A stretch of 64,000 nucleotides of DNA, taken from positions 124,001 through 188,000 of the IMG/VR virus record IMGVR_UViG_3300035698_035310. One strand, written 5' to 3'. Shown here in pieces: positions 57,037-64,000 of the stretch. A model generated the notes under the pieces. It made no database searches and had not been told where the DNA came from. It saw only the letters and a list, made by a program, of their open reading frames with translations. Made by a program: the position numbers and the translations under genes. Positions within the stretch are counted from its first letter, which is position 1. Each line of letters opens with the position of its first letter.

Positions 57037-60000
57037 ATTTATCAATCCCATCAAAATCTATTTCACTTCCGTCTGATAATGTTAAACTTCCTGACATTTC
57101 TTCCGATGTTGGAAGATTGTTTGGATTGCTATCTGCCGTAAATGTTTCACCATCAACTGTTAATGCCCACCCTTGTGTGCCTTCCATATTTAGTGTATCT
57201 GTTCCCTCGCCGCCCGATATCCAATCACCGCCACCAAATCCGTCGCCGCCTTCGCCACCGAAGATAAACATATCATCGCCACCATTGCCCATTACGTGGT
57301 CATTAGCATCTGTTGCATCGTCGCTATCAAATGTATCATCTGCTTTTTTTCCTTTGTCTTTTCCATCTATTTCATTATATTCAGAACCGCCTTCACCACC
57401 CTCGCCGCCTTCACCACCATCTTTATCTTTTTTATCTTTACCTTTTCCACCTTCACCGCCTTCACCGCCATGTCCATGCCCATGTGATCCACCTTCACCG
57501 CCTTCACCACCTTCATTGCCTTCAACGTCGATAATGGTCGTAGCGGTTCCGGTTCCACCTTCACTGTCCACTATATTATATGTGAAACTATCTTCACCAG
57601 AAAATCCTTCATATGGCGTATAAGTCCATGTTCCATTTTCATTATCTATTATAATTCCATTTTCAGGATCGTCAATGCTGGTAATAGTTATAGTGTCGCC
57701 ATCTAAATCTGTATCATTAGATAGCAAATCTTCAGAAGAAAACGTTATAGAATTATCATCATCAATATCAAATTCATCATCAACACCAAGAGGTGTGGTA
57801 TTTCCTGTTTCATCTACTAACCACGTGGATGATTGTGTGTCAACAGATACAACAGATGCCGTAACAGGTGTATCTCGTTCTATTTCTACTGTTCCATCTG
57901 AATACGTTAATGTGTTAACCGAAGTGTTTGATGTTTCTGTTGTTATGTCTGTAGTAGTTGTTTCTGTAAACACTCGATTAATCACAGTTGTTTTTGTTCC
58001 ATCGTCATTTTCAACAATCGATTCATTATTTACAAATGTTATGGTTGATTCTGGTTCACTCGTTATAATATTTTCTTCTGTTTCTATGGTTGTAACAATT
58101 TCAGGATCAACATATTCGGTTTCGACATTAGTTAATGTTTCCGTTCGTGTATCTGAGGTTATTTCGCTATCAATGTTGGGTGTTCCATTTTCGACTTCAA
58201 CCGTTCCGTCTGAATATGTTATTGTGCTGACGGGAGTTATCGTTGTGGTGGTTGTGGTTTCAGTCGCATATTCATTTGTGGTTGTTGTAGTAGTATCTAT
58301 TTGTTCGCGGTTATTATCCGTATCGATAGTTGTATCACTTTCTATTATGTCGTTAGTTGTTTCCCATGTTTCATCGCCCACAACAGCATCGGTAGTGGTA
58401 ACGTATTCAGTGGTTATTGTTGGTTCTTCATATGTAGTAACAATTTCGTCCGTGGTATCAACTCTTGATTCAGTTGTTGTATCTGCTGTAATAACAGGAT
58501 CGTCCTGTTCAATTTCAACAGTTCCATCTGAATACGTAATGGTTGTTATTTGTGTGGTTGTGGTTGTGGTTGTTGTATCAGTTTCATAATTGTTTGTGGT
58601 TGTGGTCGTTGTATCTAATTGCTCACGGTTATTATCCAAATCATTTGAACGTGACACATCATCTTCGGTTGATGTTGAAATTAAGGTTTCATCGCCTACG
58701 ACAACGTTGGTTGTTACTTCTTCTGACGTAACAATTTGTGGCTCTTCGTAAACAACGTTGGTATCAGTTAACACTTCTTCTCTTGTATCGGTTGTAGGTT
58801 CAACTGTTTCAACTGGCGTTCCGTATTCTATTTCAACTGTTCCATCTGAATAAGTGATAGTGATAACGGGTGTTGTTGTTACGGTTGTAGTTGTTATTGT
58901 ATCATATGTATTTGTGGTTGTGTTGGTAGTATCTAATTGTTCGCGGTTATTATCCGTATCAATAGTGCGAACAGTTTCTGATTCTGTTTCGGTGTTAGAT
59001 AATATTTCATCGCTAACAACTACTGTTGTTTCATGCTCATAGGTTTCAACAATTTCAGGGTCTTCATTCGTAGTTATTGTTTCTGAAGTCACTTCATCGC
59101 GTGTTGATGTATCAGTGGTAGTTTCTATCGCTGGTGTGCCGTATTCTGTTTCTACAGTGCCGTCGCTGTAAGTTATGGTATGAACAGGCGTAGATGTGGT
59201 TGTGGTGGTTGTATCAACCGCATAGGTATCTGTGGTCGTTGTTGTCGTATCTACCCGTTCGTTATTATATTCTGTTTCAATAGTTGTCACTACATTTTCT
59301 TCTGATGCTGTTCCAGTTTGATATTCATCGCCAATTGTATCCACTGATTGCACATCAGTCGTGATTGTAATAACAGGCTCTTCTGTACTTGTGGATATAT
59401 CAATTTCGCGGATTTCATCACGTGTTGATGTATCAATTTGAACTGTGTTATCGGTTGGTTCTGCGCGTTCGATTTCAATAGTTCCATCGCTATATGTAAT
59501 GGTTTGAACTTCGATTGTTGTTGTTGTTTCCAATATGGGCGTTTCAAATGTATCTGTATATTCACGCGTCACAGTAACTATTTCTTGATTATTATCTAAA
59601 TCGTTAACACGCGATGATGAATCATAGAACTCTGTATTAGTTAAAGTTTCTTTGCCGTTGTGAAGGTCGGTTGAAATTTCATATGTGACAACAATGGTTG
59701 GTTCTTCATATGTGGTAACTATTTCATCGGCAATATCGGTTCTTGTTTCTGTATTTGTATTTTTTGTAATAGACGGATCGCCCTGTTCAATTTCAACTGT
59801 TCCATCTGAATAAGTGATAGTTATTACTGGTGTTATTGTGGTGGTAGTCGTTGTATCAATGGCATAGTTATTCGTGGTAGTAGTTGTTGTATCTACTTGT
59901 TCACGATTGTTATCAGTGTCTATTATACGGTCAATTTCTGTCCCGGTTTCTGATCCAATTAGAATTTCATTACCAATTTCATTTGATATTTCAGTTGTAT

Positions 60001-61015
60001 ATTCGGTTGTGATAACAGGTAGTTCTATATCAGTAGCAAATATTGCATCTCTAATCGCAACTGTTGTATCAACTGTGGTGTTGGATTCTATCACAGGGTC
60101 ACCCACAATCGTTTCAATAGTGCCATCACTATATGTAATAGTTTCGGTTGGCGTTGTTGTTTCTGTGACCGTTGAATCAATCGTTGTGGTATCTGTATAA
60201 TTACGAGTCGTTGTGACTATTTCTTGATTGTTTGCTAGATCATTTTCTTTTGAAACTACATCTTCGTATGTTGTTACAACACATGGATCATCGATAACTG
60301 TATTTGAAATAATTTCGTATGAAATTTCTCTAGACATCTCGGTCACTGGTTCTACAGCATCATCGCCACCACCACCATTGGTGCCATTATCAATAGGAAA
60401 CCCAAGATCGGGGTTAAGCACAGAATTAAGAATTGCGTCAAAGTCAATTTCAGGCATAACGTCTGTATTCGCGAGTGGATCATTTGGCACCTCGTCAACG
60501 CTTTGATTTACATCATTTATTGTAGAAAATCCGCTATCTTCCGCACGCTGCTGTTCTTCTTCGGCTACTTTTTTAAATACATCATCGCCATGCATTTCGC
60601 GTGTATCAAATATCAAACTGGCACGATCTATAGCATAATCTATTTGTTCTGATGTAAACCCATTCTCAATTAATTCATTCCTTGTGTAACCATTGACGTC
60701 AATAGATACATTATTTATATCATTAAACGCTACTATATTATTTTCAGTATTGACATATATACCCAACGATGTCTGTATTACTGTGCCTTCTGTGATTAGT
60801 GCACTTAACAATTCCGCTTCTGTTAGTTGTGAACCCATGTGAATATTTTGTGAACCAGAACCAAACACATCTTCTTTATCGCCACCATCACCTTCGTGAA
60901 GTTGTTGTACCGATGCATCAAGGTCAATTTCATCTTCGGTCTGTAAGACAGTTAAATCATCAAGTATTGAGTGATTTTCGCGAACATCGTCGTCGTCATT
61001 TGTTATTTCAGCCAT
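57023..61015 (-). CDS. large acidic Thr-rich repeat protein with cadherin-like/Big domain and RTX-like Ca-binding tail (adhesin-like)
   Basis: eight ~106-aa T(I/L)TYSDGT repeats; LLSNDTDLDGD...GTWTYTP...DSFTY; GEGGEGG tracts; GNGGDD and GGEGTDTL nonapeptides. Confidence 0.8.
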   Translation of the reverse strand: MAEITNDDDDVRENHSILDDLTVLQTEDEIDLDASVQQLHEGDGGDKEDVFGSGSQNIHMGSQLTEAELLSALITEGTVIQTSLGIYVNTENNIVAFNDINNVSIDVNGYTRNELIENGFTSEQIDYAIDRASLIFDTREMHGDDVFKKVAEEEQQRAEDSGFSTINDVNQSVDEVPNDPLANTDVMPEIDFDAILNSVLNPDLGFPIDNGTNGGGGDDAVEPVTEMSREISYEIISNTVIDDPCVVTTYEDVVSKENDLANNQEIVTTTRNYTDTTTIDSTVTETTTPTETITYSDGTIETIVGDPVIESNTTVDTTVAIRDAIFATDIELPVITTEYTTEISNEIGNEILIGSETGTEIDRIIDTDNNREQVDTTTTTTNNYAIDTTTTTTITPVITITYSDGTVEIEQGDPSITKNTNTETRTDIADEIVTTYEEPTIVVTYEISTDLHNGKETLTNTEFYDSSSRVNDLDNNQEIVTVTREYTDTFETPILETTTTIEVQTITYSDGTIEIERAEPTDNTVQIDTSTRDEIREIDISTSTEEPVITITTDVQSVDTIGDEYQTGTASEENVVTTIETEYNNERVDTTTTTTDTYAVDTTTTTTSTPVHTITYSDGTVETEYGTPAIETTTDTSTRDEVTSETITTNEDPEIVETYEHETTVVVSDEILSNTETESETVRTIDTDNNREQLDTTNTTTNTYDTITTTTVTTTPVITITYSDGTVEIEYGTPVETVEPTTDTREEVLTDTNVVYEEPQIVTSEEVTTNVVVGDETLISTSTEDDVSRSNDLDNNREQLDTTTTTTNNYETDTTTTTTTTQITTITYSDGTVEIEQDDPVITADTTTESRVDTTDEIVTTYEEPTITTEYVTTTDAVVGDETWETTNDIIESDTTIDTDNNREQIDTTTTTTNEYATETTTTTTITPVSTITYSDGTVEVENGTPNIDSEITSDTRTETLTNVETEYVDPEIVTTIETEENIITSEPESTITFVNNESIVENDDGTKTTVINRVFTETTTTDITTETSNTSVNTLTYSDGTVEIERDTPVTASVVSVDTQSSTWLVDETGNTTPLGVDDEFDIDDDNSITFSSEDLLSNDTDLDGDTITITSIDDPENGIIIDNENGTWTYTPYEGFSGEDSFTYNIVDSEGGTGTATTIIDVEGNEGGEGGEGGSHGHGHGGEGGEGGKGKDKKDKDGGEGGEGGEGGSEYNEIDGKDKGKKADDTFDSDDATDANDHVMGNGGDDMFIFGGEGGDGFGGGDWISGGEGTDTLNMEGTQGWALTVDGETFTADSNPNNLPTSEEMSGSLTLSDGSEIDFDGIDKFSWD
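57890..60140 (-). repeat. degenerate tandem repeat, ~318-bp period, 8 copies
   Basis: SDGT-coding cores near 60123, 59802, 59484, 59160, 58842, 58524, 58205, 57893; 31-nt identity at 59791-59821 and 58831-58861. Confidence 0.8.
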
Positions 61016-61102
61016 GATACATCCCCTATATTAATATTATGTGCATGATATCAATATTTAAGAAATATGTCAATGAATATCAATGATTTGGTTCAGTCAA
61101 GA

Positions 61103-61342
61103 TTAATCCAATGACCTTATTATAACATCACCGCCAGAAAATTGAACCAGTTCTTCCATTGTTTCTGGCCCGATTATTGCGTCAGGCATCGTATTTTTTA
61201 TATACTGTAACACTGCTTCGGTTTCTGTCGAACTCAATAAATCAAATGTCAATTCAACCATATCGTCATATTTTTTCACGTTGACCGGGAGACCCATGAG
61301 ATGTATAAGTTCTGTTGATATAGGACCAATCATTTTGTTCAT
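61103..61342 (-). CDS. hypothetical protein
   Basis: 79-aa ORF, ATGA overlap. Confidence 0.6.
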   Translation of the reverse strand: MNKMIGPISTELIHLMGLPVNVKKYDDMVELTFDLLSSTETEAVLQYIKNTMPDAIIGPETMEELVQFSGGDVIIRSLD

Positions 61343-61575
61343 TGTTGTTCCTGATTTATAAAAACGCTGCGATGATAATTAGGATATAAACTATGCAAAT
61401 TTTCTTGTGTTAATGGAAAATTTTTACACGTTTTTTTTATAACAGTTAATAATTCTTTTCGATTAATAGACACTCTTACATCGGGTAATTTTTGTCCATG
61501 CCAACTTTTTCGATATATAAACACGATATCGCTATTGGTGCCGATTAAAACTATTTCTTTAATTTCTTCATTCAT
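61339..61575 (-). CDS. hypothetical protein
   Basis: 78-aa ORF. Confidence 0.55.
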   Translation of the reverse strand: MNEEIKEIVLIGTNSDIVFIYRKSWHGQKLPDVRVSINRKELLTVIKKTCKNFPLTQENLHSLYPNYHRSVFINQEQQ

Positions 61576-61611
61576 TATATACTCACTTACATTTATGTCA
61601 ACTATAAATAT

Positions 61612-61863
61612 TTATACCACCGTAATCCATACGTCATTAATATAATCAGCATAACATTCTATGATTTCAGCTTGTGTTGCAGTTGCAGTGTCGATATCAA
61701 GTTTTATTTGTATTTTTCCGTTTGATAATATATATATTAATTCATTCATTTCTTTAAGTGTAAGACCAAGCATACCATCACTCATGATAGATTTCACGAT
61801 ACTTGATGTTCCATCCACATATTGATCTAGTTCATCGATATAAATTTCTATCATTATAACCAC
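61612..61863 (-). CDS. hypothetical protein
   Basis: 83-aa ORF; start could be ATG 61854. Confidence 0.55.
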   Translation of the reverse strand: MVIMIEIYIDELDQYVDGTSSIVKSIMSDGMLGLTLKEMNELIYILSNGKIQIKLDIDTATATQAEIIECYADYINDVWITVV

Positions 61864-62126
61864 CTTAACTTGAATGCCATCGCATATATATCATCTTCAA
61901 GAGCAAACAAAACTTTAGATCGTTTTACACCTTCTCCGTGAAAAAATAGCCAATGTTCTAATTCGATGCTATTTTCATCAGCCCATTCATAATATTCAGA
62001 TAAATTCAACTCCCATCCATACGATGATTCTTTTGCCCACAATCTCATCACCACGCTATAACAATTGGATATCTTTCTATCATCCGGCATGATTTGGTCT
62101 GGAATGGTGTCAGTTATCTTCATCAT
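61854..62126 (-). CDS. FKLRW-family small protein
   Basis: YYEWADEN...DDIYAMAFKLRWL. Confidence 0.75.
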   Translation of the reverse strand: MMKITDTIPDQIMPDDRKISNCYSVVMRLWAKESSYGWELNLSEYYEWADENSIELEHWLFFHGEGVKRSKVLFALEDDIYAMAFKLRWL

Positions 62127-62364
62127 CCACCACGCCGTGCCATCTTAATTTATAACCCATTGAATCTATTTCATCATTAATTTGTATATCTACTGTATTA
62201 CTTGTTCTGTTAATGGTATGTGAAAAATCTATTTTATTATCAAATAACCAAAACAGTCTTTCGCGCTCACCTTCTGTTAATACTGCGCCCGTTCTTTCAT
62301 GTAGCGTCGATTCTATTATATCTATATTATCACAAGATGATAGTTTTTTGCCCATATGAAACAT
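62110..62364 (-). CDS. FKLRW-family small protein
   Basis: LFWLFDN...DEIDSMGYKLRWH. Confidence 0.7.
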   Translation of the reverse strand: MFHMGKKLSSCDNIDIIESTLHERTGAVLTEGERERLFWLFDNKIDFSHTINRTSNTVDIQINDEIDSMGYKLRWHGVVDDEDN

Positions 62365-62563
62365 CCTTATGTGTTGATTTAAAATCTAATATCGTTTTTT
62401 GTGTAATACCATACTCTTTTATAACTATACCAATCGAATTTTTACTTGCGGTTAACACCGACCAATCTCTATCTGTATATGTATATGACGTATCCACATA
62501 AAAAAAATCTAACCACCCTTTCTCAACTGGATTGTTACGACAATCAAAAAATTTATAGTTCAT
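62330..62563 (-). CDS. hypothetical protein
   Basis: 77-aa ORF. Confidence 0.5.
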   Translation of the reverse strand: MNYKFFDCRNNPVEKGWLDFFYVDTSYTYTDRDWSVLTASKNSIGIVIKEYGITQKTILDFKSTHKDVSYGQKTIIL

Positions 62564-62793
62564 ATTTTTATATTCTGTATTGTTTTATGATCTAGATTCA
62601 TTATTACAGCTAGCTCGTTTTGCGATAGAGTGTATTTTTCTACATATTTTTCAAGTAGCAAATCGCTCATTGGGTACGTGCTCATTTTTGGAAAAACCCG
62701 TCTGTGGTACTCACTAAACAATTCACTAGTAGGTTTAATCTTACCTAACACCGTGCCACCTGGAAGTTTCGTCACTGTTGATCCTCTACTCAT
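62560..62793 (-). CDS. hypothetical protein
   Basis: 77-aa ORF, coupled overlaps. Confidence 0.55.
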   Translation of the reverse strand: MSRGSTVTKLPGGTVLGKIKPTSELFSEYHRRVFPKMSTYPMSDLLLEKYVEKYTLSQNELAVIMNLDHKTIQNIKI

Positions 62794-63148
62794 CGACCAC
62801 CCCTATAGATACATACTTCTCATCCATATTAACTATATCTACCACAGTTAATTGATTCTCCATAACTAAAGCCTCTATCGTGGAATATGTCATATCAAGT
62901 GCGCCACCATCAGCAGTGCGACAATATAAACAATACAATCCACCAGCAATATAAACACAGACATGACCAGTAATAATATCTTCATCCTTACGAAGCGTTT
63001 CAACCGCATCACGTAATCCAGGTTCAGCATCAATAAACTTAGCACCATAATCGCCCATCAAACGATTATATTGTTCATCAGTCAATGAATGTATCTCCGC
63101 CGCCAATAACTCTAATAATTCTTTCTCGCCATTTTTATGTTCAGTCAT
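62786..63148 (-). CDS. hypothetical protein
   Basis: likely start MTEHK at 63148 (ATGA overlap), shorter than track ORF. Confidence 0.6.
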   Translation of the reverse strand: MTEHKNGEKELLELLAAEIHSLTDEQYNRLMGDYGAKFIDAEPGLRDAVETLRKDEDIITGHVCVYIAGGLYCLYCRTADGGALDMTYSTIEALVMENQLTVVDIVNMDEKYVSIGVVDE

Positions 63149-63324
63149 AACTGTGCCACACTTATATAATCCTTTAACCAATTCTCTGAATGAAATATAT
63201 ACATCAACCATGATTGAGTGCGTTTATTCTGTATTATATCTTGTATATATATCGCACCCACTTCTTCACGTGCAGCCATTATCGCACCTTCCGGTATATA
63301 CGGGCAATAATGACCAACTGTCAT
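63145..63324 (-). CDS. small protein, tandem paralog B (ends YISVAQL)
   Basis: start MTVGH at 63324 by ATGA overlap. Confidence 0.55.
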   Translation of the reverse strand: MTVGHYCPYIPEGAIMAAREEVGAIYIQDIIQNKRTQSWLMYIFHSENWLKDYISVAQL

Positions 63325-63533
63325 AACTGTGCCACACTTATATAATAACCCATCAGCCATCTCTCAGAATAAAGCAAGTCCACCAACCATTCACAATCAC
63401 GTTCATTATGTATTATATCATATGTATATCTCGCACACACTTCTTCGCGTGTTCCAGTTACACCATTAGGTCGATACCCTTCATAGTTTTCATATTTAAT
63501 GGTTATAGTTACCATCATAGAATCTGTCATTAT
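63321..63533 (-). CDS. small protein, tandem paralog A (ends YISVAQL)
   Basis: start MTDSM at 63533 by ATGA overlap. Confidence 0.55.
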   Translation of the reverse strand: MMTDSMMVTITIKYENYEGYRPNGVTGTREEVCARYTYDIIHNERDCEWLVDLLYSERWLMGYYISVAQL

Positions 63534-63994
63534 GGTATAACAACCCCCGCAACAGGTGCAACACCAACTATTTCGCATTCTACTTCATACACTATACCAT
63601 CTCTAGTCAACGGGCACATATAAGAAAATTCATCTTTATAACCATTCCATCCAGCAAAACCAAGTGCAACGATAGTAAGCAAACCAATCAACATATGCGC
63701 AATAGAGATAAACCATCCATTGTTTTTATAATAAGATTTCAATGTCGAAAGTTCGGTATTTGGTTTATAACTATTGTAGCCATCGTTGGTTATAAAATAA
63801 TCACCTTTGTTATCTATCTTGAGATCATCTTCAAGTAACATGATGCGAAGCGAACGCTGATAATCAAACAACGATATAGATTCTTTGCTGCCATCTACAT
63901 ATTGATGTGAATCATCAAATATAATACGAAATGAACCATCATCATGATTGGCGTATGATGTTGTGCTATAGACAGAACACAATAAAACCAACAC
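63530..63994 (-). CDS. membrane/exported hypothetical protein, probably 5'-truncated by the window edge
   Basis: signal-like N-terminus and one TM helix; frame appears open to the window end. Confidence 0.55.
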   Translation of the reverse strand: MLVLLCSVYSTTSYANHDDGSFRIIFDDSHQYVDGSKESISLFDYQRSLRIMLLEDDLKIDNKGDYFITNDGYNSYKPNTELSTLKSYYKNNGWFISIAHMLIGLLTIVALGFAGWNGYKDEFSYMCPLTRDGIVYEVECEIVGVAPVAGVVIP

Positions 63995-64000
63995 AGCAAT

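Noticed and set aside
57117-61017. Several + strand ORFs (57117-57623, 57675-58589, 59874-60200 and others) with Ser/Pro/Val-rich translations
   Set aside because: Antisense shadows of the low-complexity 1330-aa minus-strand gene.
1-64000. Retron, DGR or other reverse-transcriptase system; integrase or IS element
   Set aside because: No RT (YxDD), integrase or transposase motifs recognised in any ORF; the adhesin repeats lack the adenine-specific TR/VR pattern.

Overview
AT-rich, gene-dense fragment of a large (jumbo-type) tailed-phage genome, mostly + strand, with no capsid, tail or terminase genes in this window. Several genes resemble alphaproteobacterial homologues (FliG, FliM, CreA, DUF6638, ClpA), which suggests an alphaproteobacterial host (inference). 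Contents: two tRNAs; a translation, tRNA-repair and proteostasis kit (CysRS, ThrRS lacking the editing domain, SmpB, peptide deformylase, Thg1-like protein, DnaJ, ClpA); three free-standing homing endonucleases; two DNA methyltransferases (one frameshifted); a split NAD-dependent DNA ligase; a probable spanin pair; a 1330-aa RTX/cadherin-like repeat protein; and about 20 paralogous small proteins ending in an FKLRW-like motif. Top candidates for undescribed systems: (1) three structured, Y-RNA-like ncRNA units, the first two starting just after sigma70-type promoters, directly upstream of a RING/TROVE-like/TerD protein (51883-54438); (2) a coupled pair of isolated FliG-middle and FliM-middle flagellar switch domains (4117-5024); (3) two sequence-unrelated 87-bp cassettes with convergent promoters and an anti-Shine-Dalgarno repeat, each in front of a homing endonuclease; (4) a five-gene DUF2333/coiled-coil/AAA/DUF6638 module. 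All family assignments come from motif recognition by eye; no database searches were run.
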